From the IMG/VR virus record IMGVR_UViG_3300008954_000003, positions 1-64,000 of that record: 64,000 bases of DNA. One strand, given 5' to 3'. Source of the DNA: a virus. Every line of letters begins with the position of its first letter. The first letter of the stretch is position 1. Below the pieces are notes generated by a model. It ran no database searches. It saw only the letters and a list, made by a program, of their open reading frames with translations, and had not been told where the DNA came from. Both the position numbers and the translations under genes were made by a program. Below are positions 54,437-64,000 of the stretch, piece by piece.

Positions 54437-57400
54437 TGAGCGCCAAAAAGCTTTTTGAGAAACAAAAAGTCCAACAGCAGAACTATAAAGGTTCTATAAG
54501 AAAAACATTAGGTGAGTTTTCTTCTGATGTTGAGTCTGCTGATTACATAACACAATACAAAAAGAGGACGAAAGGGTATATCCCGAATGTTGACTATACA
54601 ACGGCAAGCAATTTTGCCCGTTACGGTTCAGCAGAGAGGTATTATGAGGATGGTGTTCAACGAATTTATAAACAATATCCATATGATGGCTCAAAGGCAG
54701 AGAAGCTTGAATTTTATAACAACATAACACCTTTTGAGAAACACCTTGTTGACCAAGATTACCCGAGAAGCACAGGTTACGCTATATTTGGTGCTAATCC
54801 GACATATACGAATGATCAGCAGGATGGTTTTGGTTCATCAAGTTCACCAGAATATATAACATTTTATGGTGCAACCGAGGGAAACATCCTTAAGGAGACA
54901 AAGGGTCGCGATAACAATCTGAGAATTGATTTTGCAAGCGGTTCGACTGTCGAGTTTTGGTTGAAGCAAAAGGCTTGGCCCAATTCGTCAACCGAAACAG
55001 CAAAACAATGCATATTTTATCTTATGGATAAAGAGTTGTATCGACAACTTTATATCTATCAAGAGAGTGATGGCACGAATGATCTCATTTCATACACACT
55101 AGCAACGGGGCTTGGAACAACATCGAGTCATTATTTTGAAGTTGGGACACTCCAATTAAATACAAGTCTAACAAGTTCTGCTGATGATACATGGAGGCAC
55201 TATGCAATTGTGCAATCCTCATCGTCACTTGGTTTCAAGGTTCGTCTCTACATTGATGGCGAGTATAAAGATGAAAAGACAACAACATCTTTTGACGACT
55301 TGCCTCCAAGTATCACAGGGTCTTTGAAAGGAACCATCGGTGCGCTTGGCGGAACTGCAATAACAGCATCGGCAGAAGGCTCTGGCAAACTTACAGGTTC
55401 GATTGATGAGTTTAGGTTTTGGAGAAAAGAAAGGACAGGCCGTGAAATCGGAAGAAACTATTTCACACATGTCGGTGGTGGAACAAATACAGACGATGCG
55501 AACACAGACCTTGGCATTTATTTCAAATTCAACGAGGGGTTCACCGGAGTAAACAGCATAGACTCAGCCGTTTTAGATTATTCTGGAAGGCTTTCGAATG
55601 GTTCGTGGCAAGGCTATGTGTCTGGTTCTTCAAGAAGCACAGGTTCTGCTGTAACAGATTCGGGAATTTCAACAGAAGAGCAGGATCTCGTTGTTTATAG
55701 TAAACACCCGAAAGTCGTTGCATACGAGGCAGAAAAGGTTGCTTTAGGAAGACAACATGATGCGACAAACAACTCAAGCTTAGTGAATTCAATGCCGTTG
55801 TGGATTAGAGATGAGGATTCACAAACAGGCTTGCAGTTGACAAAATTTTTGCAGGTGCTTGCGAGTTACTTCGACACACTCCACCTTCAGGCGCAGAACA
55901 TAAACAGAGTTAAAGATATTGAGTACACCAACAATGATGTCAAGGAGTTTTCACATAATAACCGTTTGTTGACAAGTCTTGGTTTTGATGTACCAGAGCT
56001 TTTTGTAGATTCAGATGTTTTAGAGGCACTGCTTGACCAGAACGAAGAAGAGGTCTATTCAGATAGCGTACACAACCTTAAGAATAAGATTTATAAGAAC
56101 ATTTACAACAATTTATCTCACATTTATAAATCAAAGGGAACGGACAAGGCGATAAGGAATCTTATTCGGTGTTATGGTGTCGACGATGAGCTTTTCAATT
56201 TAAATATTTATGCGGACAATGTTGAATATAGGTTTGAGAATGATTTTGTCAACACATCAGGGAAGAAAGATGCGATAGACTTTACAAGATGGTTTGACAA
56301 AGAGAACGTTGGAGCAGTTGTTTATCAATTCAAAGAGTCTGAAAACGATAACAGTGCCGCTTTTGTATCTGGGGCGACAAATAATTTAACTCCGTTCACA
56401 GCAGAGGTCAACGCCTTTTTCCCAAGAGAGTCAAGAAAACAGGGTGAGCTGTTTGAGCCACCAAACACCTTTACAACTAAATCGTTGTTTGGTTGCAGAG
56501 ACGCAAATGAAGATGACCCACAAGACACCGGCTTTGATGGAAGTGGAAATACACAGGTAAGTGTTTATGCGGTTCGTCGTGATAACTTGACAAAATTCAT
56601 ATTAACATCGTCTGTTGGGGTGAACCTTGAGACAGACAATTTTTATGATGTCTATGATGATTCTGTTTGGAATTTATCTTTTAGAGTTAAACCTCTTGAG
56701 TATCCGTTTACAGATGGGATCGTAACAGCCTCATATTATGAGATGAAGTTCAATGGGTATAGATACGAACTTGGGAATTTACAACAGCAATTTTCAGCAT
56801 CGGCGAGTTTTTCAGTGTCCAGGGGAGAATCCTTTGCAACTACAGCAAAGAGGGTTTATATTGGAGCGGAACGTGCAGATGTGACAGGCGCGTTATCATT
56901 CCCCTCAGAATATAGAAACCTTTCAACCAGAGTTTGGCAGGACTATTTGTCAGAAGATGAGTTGAAGGCTCATGCCCGTGATATTTTCAATTTTGGACGA
57001 ACAAATCCTGGGCAAAGTGCTTTTGTTTGGGAGATTGGTCTTACTGCAAGTTCAATTCCAAAGAAAGACACACTCGCTCTTCACTGGGATTTTTCAAAGG
57101 TAACGGCATCGAACACGCAGGGAGAGATTTTTGTTGCAGATGTTTCGTCTGGTTCACTTGCGTTGGCATCGAGATACATTGATTATTCAGATCTTGTAGA
57201 TATCCAACATTATGGGCAAGGAAAGTTTTTCACATCAAGCGGAAATGTCAAAAAGGTGGAGTTTGTTCCAACTTCAAAACAACAAATGCCAGAGAACTTA
57301 AACTCATCTGACATGATTCAAATCCTTGAAAGAGATGACGTTTTCATAAGAGAAGCTCGCCCGATCAAATATTACTTTGCGTTTGAATCAAGTATGTACG

Positions 57401-57921
57401 ATATCATTTCAAGAAACATGCTTGACTTTTTTGCAACGGTTGTTGATTTTAACAACCTTGTTGGTGAGCCAGTCAACAGTTTTGAAACAGAATACAAGGG
57501 CCTTAAGTATTTAAGACAATTATTTTTTGATAAGATTGAAAACGATCCTGATTTAGACAAGTATGTTTCATTGTACAAATGGTTGGATGCGGCACTTGAT
57601 GTGGTTGTGTTGAATCTTGTCCCCGCATCGGCTGATTCGTCGGAAGAGGTCAACACTGTAATTGAAAACCACATTCTTGAGAGAAATAAATATAGGCAAA
57701 AACTATTATATACAGACAGAACAAAAGAAACATCGGCAGGTTTCACAAAAACAAACAAGGTTGGGAAAGCTTCGAACAGACCACAAGAAAAAGAAGGGGC
57801 AATTGTTGACAAACCAAACAAGAGAGTGGCTTCGTTGGATCGCAACAGGGTTTTGTATTACAATAACAAGTTTTATATCGACATAGCATTTGGTCGAGGA
57901 GGCGGCGGAAGTGATAGGTAA
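54436..57921 (+). CDS. Baseplate/tail protein with LamG (concanavalin A-like) domains
   Basis: TVEFWLK, WRHYAIV, LYIDG, GSIDEFRFW, YFKFNEG; IYKSKGT..AIRNLIRCYG resembles tail-I/wedge motifs. Confidence 0.8.
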   Translation: MSAKKLFEKQKVQQQNYKGSIRKTLGEFSSDVESADYITQYKKRTKGYIPNVDYTTASNFARYGSAERYYEDGVQRIYKQYPYDGSKAEKLEFYNNITPFEKHLVDQDYPRSTGYAIFGANPTYTNDQQDGFGSSSSPEYITFYGATEGNILKETKGRDNNLRIDFASGSTVEFWLKQKAWPNSSTETAKQCIFYLMDKELYRQLYIYQESDGTNDLISYTLATGLGTTSSHYFEVGTLQLNTSLTSSADDTWRHYAIVQSSSSLGFKVRLYIDGEYKDEKTTTSFDDLPPSITGSLKGTIGALGGTAITASAEGSGKLTGSIDEFRFWRKERTGREIGRNYFTHVGGGTNTDDANTDLGIYFKFNEGFTGVNSIDSAVLDYSGRLSNGSWQGYVSGSSRSTGSAVTDSGISTEEQDLVVYSKHPKVVAYEAEKVALGRQHDATNNSSLVNSMPLWIRDEDSQTGLQLTKFLQVLASYFDTLHLQAQNINRVKDIEYTNNDVKEFSHNNRLLTSLGFDVPELFVDSDVLEALLDQNEEEVYSDSVHNLKNKIYKNIYNNLSHIYKSKGTDKAIRNLIRCYGVDDELFNLNIYADNVEYRFENDFVNTSGKKDAIDFTRWFDKENVGAVVYQFKESENDNSAAFVSGATNNLTPFTAEVNAFFPRESRKQGELFEPPNTFTTKSLFGCRDANEDDPQDTGFDGSGNTQVSVYAVRRDNLTKFILTSSVGVNLETDNFYDVYDDSVWNLSFRVKPLEYPFTDGIVTASYYEMKFNGYRYELGNLQQQFSASASFSVSRGESFATTAKRVYIGAERADVTGALSFPSEYRNLSTRVWQDYLSEDELKAHARDIFNFGRTNPGQSAFVWEIGLTASSIPKKDTLALHWDFSKVTASNTQGEIFVADVSSGSLALASRYIDYSDLVDIQHYGQGKFFTSSGNVKKVEFVPTSKQQMPENLNSSDMIQILERDDVFIREARPIKYYFAFESSMYDIISRNMLDFFATVVDFNNLVGEPVNSFETEYKGLKYLRQLFFDKIENDPDLDKYVSLYKWLDAALDVVVLNLVPASADSSEEVNTVIENHILERNKYRQKLLYTDRTKETSAGFTKTNKVGKASNRPQEKEGAIVDKPNKRVASLDRNRVLYYNNKFYIDIAFGRGGGGSDR
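55117..55147 (+). repeat. 31-bp perfect direct repeat, copy 2
   Basis: Identical to 53432-53462; both copies encode TTSSHYFEVG. Confidence 0.95.
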
Positions 57922-60900
57922 AGGAAGACCTTCAAGTGAACATCACCCACAGACAAACGTAGATGACGTTCCGTCTGTGATTGGTGTTGTCCATGAGACA
58001 CCTGAGTACGTTGAGAAGAAATACAATGTAACAGAGGAAGGGAAGCCTTTTGTCTCTGAAGAAGAAAAGAAATATGAAAATCGCCGATATGACGCATCAA
58101 AAGAATCTACCGGAACAAATGTTTGGTGGAACCTGAGAGCAGAAAGAAACGCCAATAGTTTTCCGACAAACAGCTCTGGTGAAGTAAAAAGCAGAATTAA
58201 TATCCATGCGATTTACAACAGAGACTATTCTTTTCTAAACAGAAAACCTTACACACTTTCTCTTAAGAAAAGTCGTTGTTTCGTCGGAGGCCTCAACAAA
58301 AACAAAGGGCACACACCTGACCATTTCAGAGGGTATTTCTCGGTTGACACGGGAGACTATTACAATGTAACTTTGGACTCGGATCAGATTTACACCTCAA
58401 AAGATTATCCTTCAAAAGATGTGGAAAAAACTGTCGTTAGCGTTGTTCCCAACGATGTTCTGAACAATGCAGAGGTTCATGGGTATAACATCTTACCTTT
58501 TGTTTTATATAGCAGTTCCATAAATAAAGGATATCAGACGGCACTCACCCTGTCTCACCCTGTCCAGATGCTAGGGCACCACGACGACGTTTATTATGGT
58601 GATTATTCAAAACCACTTCAAGGCCCGTTCACAAGAACGCATGTTGGTGGGTTCCTTCATAGAAGGCAAAAGCTTTCCGATGGTTCAGACACAGCAGAGA
58701 CAAGACCGGAAATGTTCAGAGTCGACTCTTCAGGCGGAATTGTTTATGTGCGAGAAGGAAGGACGACAGGGGTTGACGAAAGAGATGTTGATCGTCCATT
58801 CTCAAAGTATTCAAGTGAGGAGTTCGTCCGCAGAGCTGTGAATATAAAGAATGTTGAATACCATACAGCATCTGATTTTATTGGAAACTTTGATAAAAAC
58901 TATCAAGTGGTTCAAGCCACCAACAATAATTTGGCATTTATTGACAATAATGGGTTCAATATCCAAGAGGGAGAATCGACGACTGTATCTGGCGTTTTGG
59001 ATTTCGATATGCCAAGAAGACATTTGGCAGAACACAGCAGCTCATTCAACAAGACCGTCATCGTGACAAGGTTCGACGCCCCAGGATCGCCGGAAACTCA
59101 CGGTGGATTCCTTGATGTCGCTTCTGGCCAATATACGGTTTATAGTGCTTTGCCCTATAGAAATTTAACCGTAAGACAACCACTTGTAACTCTTTTATCT
59201 TTGCCGAATCGGTTTGGTGGCCTAAGATCTGGTTCTGCCGCAATTGGCAGAGGCCCAGAGATAACGGCATCTTTCCACAAAATCAACAGCAATCCTGTAC
59301 AGGAACTGCGCCCACTAACCAACACAACCTACTTGTCAGGCTCAAAATATGACAATTATTTTGTCCAATACGCCATTCCGAAGAGCGATATTCGTTATGC
59401 TTGGATCACCGCGTCAGCTTTGATTGAGAAATCACACCCTCTTTTGTATGGTAGAGCACAGTTTGATGGGATGACAACAAGTTCTGATGGTGAAACACCA
59501 GCATTGACCGTTGTTAGCGAAAGTGAATTAAATGCTGATGGATTTTCAACTCCATTTGTCGGAATGACAACCATCATGCAATTGGATCTTTCAAGTTCAA
59601 ATACTGTTCAGTCAAGAAGTGTTGATATTCTTGGAACACTTGAGGAATATGAGAAGTTGAACGCTTACCTTTTGACTCTCAATGGCCCCTATCAGCATCC
59701 AATGTTTAAGCAGATTCGTGGATATGAACACCCAACGACAAGAAACCTAAGAAGAACAAACAGATACCAACACATTGAAGAGTTCCAAAATAAGGCTGGT
59801 TTGACATCTGGAGCCCTTTGCGATGTGACTCATCCACCTGTGAGTAAGAAGTTCCTTCCTATAAATCACACAATCGAGGTTGATAAGGAAAACGTTACGA
59901 TAAAATACACCCACACAAACAACTATGATTTTTTTGGAGACTATTACGACCCTTCAGCCAATAGGATGATAAACATTTCTAGGAAAAAGAACGCGCGAAC
60001 GTCCAACAAAGATGATTCTGTGCTGAACAACATTGCATTATCATACACCGGCTCTGTGAAGTTTGTGACTCTACAGCACAATGAAACAATTTGGCCACGA
60101 GAGTCAAAGGCTTTTATAAAAAATACGAGAGAGCGTGAGCAATTCTTTTTCCCATGGAGAACGACCGAAGGCAACAGGCTTACAAATATTACGAACTCCT
60201 TTGGGATATCACCATTTGAATCGGATGGACCTCTTGGTTTTAGTGTTTGGCCAATGGACGCAACATCTGATGGTAGAAACGGCGAGCTTGTTCAGGGCGA
60301 TAATGACACTTTCTATTCACAACAGGACATAACAGGAACTTTCGAACCAACACCAGATTCCTTGTATATTTCTGCAAGATATGGTCGTTTTTATGGAGAG
60401 GAGTTGCCAAAGAATACCGTTCATAGTGACGCGAACACTGGACCGTTTTTTGATACATATAAGAGTTTTTCGGAAGAGCTGCGTTTGAAAGGGCAAGGCT
60501 ATTCAATTTTACCAGAATACAATATTTCCAATGTCATTGAAGCGTATGCCAAATCTGGTAGTGATGAATTCATTGATGATCTTCACCAACTTGAACTCAC
60601 AGGCACACTTGCGCTTTCTTCAACATCGTCGTTTTTGGAAACATATGCACATAGTGATTATTTGATTGGGGCACAAGATGTAATAAACACTCACAATGCT
60701 AAATTGGCACACGTTGAGATTGAAATCGATGGCCTATTAAAACTGTTACCGTATTATGGGTTTTACCCACAACAGAGAACACTGCAATTGGCGAAGCAGT
60801 TTCAGAACACTTATAGCGCAAAGTCGACTTTGGCTGGTAACGATGCAAACTTTAGAACAATTTTAACACCGTTTTATTCACCAGGAATCTGTTACAATTC

Positions 60901-62563
60901 AATCAAATCAGGTCTTGCTGTTGATTATCCAATATTGGATTCGACGACCTTTGCTGACCACGAGGCTCTTAAAGAAATATCCGCTGACAACCCATACAGA
61001 AAGGATAGTCAAGCGATGCCATTTGAGGCAATAATAGATCCGGTTAAAGAATTCTTTAAGATATCTTCACTTCTTGAGATAGCGGACACAGATTCTGAAA
61101 TTCGGGTTGATTCAACAGGGACGTTTGGCCTTGACAATGATAGCGTATACACTCGTATGGCAGATAACTGGTATCCTTCTGTGGTCGATACTTTTATTGA
61201 GGGTGGGAAGCCAATTAGCTTTGAGTCAAGGCCAGAGAGCGAATGGAAATTTGAAAGTGTAACAGGATCTTTTGGTATCGCAAAATACATTGGGCATGTA
61301 AAAATAAGAAAGACAGAAAACATGACAGTCCATGATGCTGCAAACTATTTTGGGCATCAATCTGATTTTACATCATCGAACGTTCATCACGTTCCACCAT
61401 ATTATGGAATCTTTGGTCCGTATGATACAGCAAATGGGCAGGCTTCAAACACAGCTTATGTTAGGATTCTTTTTGATCCCGCAGGAGTGTTTCAGCAAGA
61501 TCCTGATAGATTTATACAGGGCAAATTTACACTTGATGACATAATCAACCACTCATCTCTGCTTTTCACGAATGATTTGATGGAAACAAATAACGTTTTC
61601 AATTTCATGCCGATAAGTGCGAGTGTCAATTTGTTTGGGCGCTCTGTTGAAAGCGATAAGTGGAATATCCATACTAAGTGGGAATCCCCTGCAATCAATA
61701 TGATAGATTCGAATCCTCTTACTACAGGAAGCGAGCCGACCATGGCTGTAAAGGGTTTGTGGCATCAGTATGGGAAAGTTCCCACAAACAGGACGGAAGG
61801 TTTGTTTTTACAAACGGTAGATAATGAGGCTGGTGTCGGACCCAACCTTATTAGATCAACAGGATCTCTGTTTAAAGCTGTTGGTATAACAGAAGAAGAC
61901 AGAAGAATTGGAGAAGTCGCGAAAACAAAAGAGATTGGGGAAACGGTTGTTGTTATTCCGTATTACTTAGATGACAATAACGAAGAGTCGTTTCTTAAGT
62001 TGGATTTGGTAGAGTTCGAAGAGGCTTACTTAAGTGAGGGTTCTGGCAGCATTGTGAGCAGCTCCCTTGTCGACATGATCAGGCGAACAAGGCAGATCGT
62101 TTTGCCACCAAAATTTGACTTTGTGAAGAGGCGGGACGAATCCAGTGTCCAAATTGATAACCCTGTTGAATATAATCCGGTTTTGTCACCATATGCTATG
62201 TACCTCATAGACTTCAAACACAATCTTTCTCAAGATGATTTGGGTAAGTGGTGGCAGGGGGTCTTGCCGCAGATCGGCTTGGTTTCTGAAGAACAGACCG
62301 TTAAACTTAAACACCCCATAAAGAAGGGTGAAATAATTTCCCCAAAAATGTTGGAAAGTTTTGGAGGGGTTTTGCCGAAGAATTTAAGGTTTAAAGTTTT
62401 CAAGTCCAAAAAATTGGCGGTCAAGAAATACAGTAAGTTTATGAACGATCTTGTCGGGGATAGTGATAAAACAGAGTATAAGTACAATTATAACTGGCCA
62501 TATGATTTCTTCTCGTTGGTGGAAATGGCTCGGATAAAGCTTGGGCTGGGGTTTAAGGAATAA
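57911..62563 (+). CDS. Large virion structural protein
   Basis: About 1550-aa ORF; GTG at 57911 lies 8 nt after GAGGAGG; ends YNWPYDFFSLVEMA. Confidence 0.7.
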   Translation: MIGKGRPSSEHHPQTNVDDVPSVIGVVHETPEYVEKKYNVTEEGKPFVSEEEKKYENRRYDASKESTGTNVWWNLRAERNANSFPTNSSGEVKSRINIHAIYNRDYSFLNRKPYTLSLKKSRCFVGGLNKNKGHTPDHFRGYFSVDTGDYYNVTLDSDQIYTSKDYPSKDVEKTVVSVVPNDVLNNAEVHGYNILPFVLYSSSINKGYQTALTLSHPVQMLGHHDDVYYGDYSKPLQGPFTRTHVGGFLHRRQKLSDGSDTAETRPEMFRVDSSGGIVYVREGRTTGVDERDVDRPFSKYSSEEFVRRAVNIKNVEYHTASDFIGNFDKNYQVVQATNNNLAFIDNNGFNIQEGESTTVSGVLDFDMPRRHLAEHSSSFNKTVIVTRFDAPGSPETHGGFLDVASGQYTVYSALPYRNLTVRQPLVTLLSLPNRFGGLRSGSAAIGRGPEITASFHKINSNPVQELRPLTNTTYLSGSKYDNYFVQYAIPKSDIRYAWITASALIEKSHPLLYGRAQFDGMTTSSDGETPALTVVSESELNADGFSTPFVGMTTIMQLDLSSSNTVQSRSVDILGTLEEYEKLNAYLLTLNGPYQHPMFKQIRGYEHPTTRNLRRTNRYQHIEEFQNKAGLTSGALCDVTHPPVSKKFLPINHTIEVDKENVTIKYTHTNNYDFFGDYYDPSANRMINISRKKNARTSNKDDSVLNNIALSYTGSVKFVTLQHNETIWPRESKAFIKNTREREQFFFPWRTTEGNRLTNITNSFGISPFESDGPLGFSVWPMDATSDGRNGELVQGDNDTFYSQQDITGTFEPTPDSLYISARYGRFYGEELPKNTVHSDANTGPFFDTYKSFSEELRLKGQGYSILPEYNISNVIEAYAKSGSDEFIDDLHQLELTGTLALSSTSSFLETYAHSDYLIGAQDVINTHNAKLAHVEIEIDGLLKLLPYYGFYPQQRTLQLAKQFQNTYSAKSTLAGNDANFRTILTPFYSPGICYNSIKSGLAVDYPILDSTTFADHEALKEISADNPYRKDSQAMPFEAIIDPVKEFFKISSLLEIADTDSEIRVDSTGTFGLDNDSVYTRMADNWYPSVVDTFIEGGKPISFESRPESEWKFESVTGSFGIAKYIGHVKIRKTENMTVHDAANYFGHQSDFTSSNVHHVPPYYGIFGPYDTANGQASNTAYVRILFDPAGVFQQDPDRFIQGKFTLDDIINHSSLLFTNDLMETNNVFNFMPISASVNLFGRSVESDKWNIHTKWESPAINMIDSNPLTTGSEPTMAVKGLWHQYGKVPTNRTEGLFLQTVDNEAGVGPNLIRSTGSLFKAVGITEEDRRIGEVAKTKEIGETVVVIPYYLDDNNEESFLKLDLVEFEEAYLSEGSGSIVSSSLVDMIRRTRQIVLPPKFDFVKRRDESSVQIDNPVEYNPVLSPYAMYLIDFKHNLSQDDLGKWWQGVLPQIGLVSEEQTVKLKHPIKKGEIISPKMLESFGGVLPKNLRFKVFKSKKLAVKKYSKFMNDLVGDSDKTEYKYNYNWPYDFFSLVEMARIKLGLGFKE

Positions 62564-63345
62564 TGGAATTCTTCAACAAAAAAGAAGAGGTGCTCGATTT
62601 TGTTTTGACAAAGAAAGGGCGAGAACTGTATGCCAAGGGAAAATTGGCTCCTTACGGATATCGCTTTTTTGATGATGAAGTTGTTTACGACAACGCTTCA
62701 GGCGAGCTTCAGAATGAAATAGCTAAAAGAATCAAGAAGGACCTTAAAGTTAAGGCGATCACATCAGTTGTTGGTTCAAACATTGCGAAGACAGAGGTTC
62801 CGACAGTGAAGCTTTACAACGAGCTTGGACATGTCACAACGCTAACCCAAAGCGCGCCTTCGTGGAAAGTGATCATGCAAGAAGGGTTTGTCGATACAGG
62901 AAGTTATATTTCGTTCCCAACAGGGGTCAAGGGAAATACCTCTGATGAGATGAAAGCTCACCTTGAAAGAATCCCGCAATTGAATCTTGAAGTTAAATAC
63001 GACATATATTCTGAGAATTACAAGAACAACGCTGACAAGAATATGAAAAGGGTTACATTGGAAAAGGATTCAAACGATTTGCTCTTTACATTTGAGGAGA
63101 ACAACGCTTTTGATTTGGGAGAAGAGCAGGAGTTGTATTACGAGGTCTACAAGATCAATTATGATTCGAACAACACCGCTTCGTTGGTGCCACTGGAAAT
63201 GTCAGATAAAGAGTTTTCAAGCGAATTTGTCGGACACTACCTTAATATTTTGGAAGATGACGTTGCAACACAAAAACACCTTTTCAAAATCAAGAATATT
63301 TATGGTACAGAAACTCTGAAAGAAGATGATTTCTGTGAGGAATAA
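62563..63345 (+). CDS. Baseplate/tail-associated protein
   Basis: LTKKGRELYAKGK...FFDDEVVYD N-terminus resembles the LT..GR..LA motif of tail/baseplate-attachment proteins. Confidence 0.6.
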   Translation: MEFFNKKEEVLDFVLTKKGRELYAKGKLAPYGYRFFDDEVVYDNASGELQNEIAKRIKKDLKVKAITSVVGSNIAKTEVPTVKLYNELGHVTTLTQSAPSWKVIMQEGFVDTGSYISFPTGVKGNTSDEMKAHLERIPQLNLEVKYDIYSENYKNNADKNMKRVTLEKDSNDLLFTFEENNAFDLGEEQELYYEVYKINYDSNNTASLVPLEMSDKEFSSEFVGHYLNILEDDVATQKHLFKIKNIYGTETLKEDDFCEE

Positions 63346-63348
63346 CTT

Positions 63349-64000
63349 ATGACTTTGACGATTGCCCCGTTTTCAGGTGATTTAGACAGAAACTCTAGGG
63401 CAAATAAAAACCTTTTTCTCTTATACGATAAGCCTTATTTTTCAAGACTGCACCATACATTTGATGGTGAAGGGAACTTTGCTTTCTATTTTTATGTGGA
63501 CACTCGCCAGTTGTTTTTGGACAAAAGCAGGTTTCCAGAGATGCTGGATCTTGAAGGAGTAGGTGACGAACTATTATCAGATGCAATTTTTTCAATAAAG
63601 ACGGAGCTTGTCTCAAAGGATGAAACGGTTATCGTCGAGAACACACAAGAAAACACTTTGTTTGTCAACGAAGACCACCCTTTTTTGAAGATTAGTGGTG
63701 GGGCAAAATACACTGATGCTAGAAAGCTTAAGGATTTCAATCTACAGGCAAGGGTTTATTATCGAGATGTGACATACGATATAGCAGTTCAAAATTTTGT
63801 AGACAAGGATTTCTTTTCACCAGATATGCAGGATTTTGCTTTTGAGTTATATAACGTTGTTTATCCCGGAGATGAAACATTTAATCTTGATAAACTTTTT
63901 CATAATATAAAGGCGAGAATCGAGGTTTTTAAAGAGTCAAAAACAAATGACATTGCGATACTCAAAAACTTGTTCACAGAGGAACTTCGTTTTGAAAATG
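63349..64000 (+). CDS. 3'-truncated hypothetical protein
   Basis: MTLTIAPFSGDLDRNS... is open to the window end; absent from the ORF track because it has no stop. Confidence 0.7.
   Translation, partial: MTLTIAPFSGDLDRNSRANKNLFLLYDKPYFSRLHHTFDGEGNFAFYFYVDTRQLFLDKSRFPEMLDLEGVGDELLSDAIFSIKTELVSKDETVIVENTQENTLFVNEDHPFLKISGGAKYTDARKLKDFNLQARVYYRDVTYDIAVQNFVDKDFFSPDMQDFAFELYNVVYPGDETFNLDKLFHNIKARIEVFKESKTNDIAILKNLFTEELRFEN

Noticed and set aside
53432-55147. Diversity-generating retroelement TR/VR pair
   Set aside because: Only 31 bp, no adenine-specific mismatches, and no reverse transcriptase in the window.
1-64000. Numerous minus-strand and nested short ORFs in the track
   Set aside because: They lie under longer, motif-bearing, tightly coupled + strand genes and show no recognisable motifs; treated as shadow ORFs.
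1-64000. Stop-codon reassignment, as in some huge phages
   Set aside because: Coding density is near complete in the standard code, and TAA, TGA and TAG all end genes at sensible domain ends (for example TAG after ClpP).
1-64000. tRNA, rRNA, introns, inteins, IS elements
   Set aside because: None recognised and almost no intergenic space; a covariance-model scan would be needed to exclude them formally.

Overview
A gene-dense, low-GC window with essentially every credible gene on the + strand, in the standard genetic code, and with many ATGA/TAATG overlaps. The content indicates a fragment of a large T4-like myovirus (jumbo or huge phage). It has four blocks. (1) 1-11.6 kb: probable late or virion-associated proteins with peptidoglycan-binding domains (a PGBD-SGNH-lytic transglycosylase fusion, a HEXXH/PGBD/TPR protein, a PT-TG-like/PGBD protein), then a ligase-like/HxGH nucleotidyltransferase fusion, a Fis-like HTH protein and a CUB-like protein. 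(2) 11.6-15.3 kb: a near-consensus sigma70 promoter ahead of small ORFs, ClpP, a zinc metallopeptidase-like protein and a Cas4/AddB-like nuclease. (3) 15.3-40.8 kb: a 28-gene glycan island with about 10 glycosyltransferase-type genes, two NeuB synthases, two CMP-ulosonate synthetases, a PseB-like dehydratase, and carbamoyl-, methyl-, formyl- and acetyl-transferases and deacetylases. (4) 40.8-64 kb: a gp55-like sigma factor and a baseplate/tail module (gp5-like with peptidase M15, gp25, gp6, LamG proteins). The strongest candidate for a new system is virion glycosylation: the glycan island lies near tail proteins studded with a [S/T]-[G/A/S]-S tripeptide that I could not find in the neighbouring gp6. 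Also notable: about 1.3 kb of helically phased A-tracts under coding sequence (~6.9-8.2 kb), a recurrent CTA(A/T/G)TTA-NNN-TA(G/T) candidate late promoter, and a perfect 31-bp in-frame repeat shared by two tail genes. All family calls come from motif recognition by eye; no searches were run.
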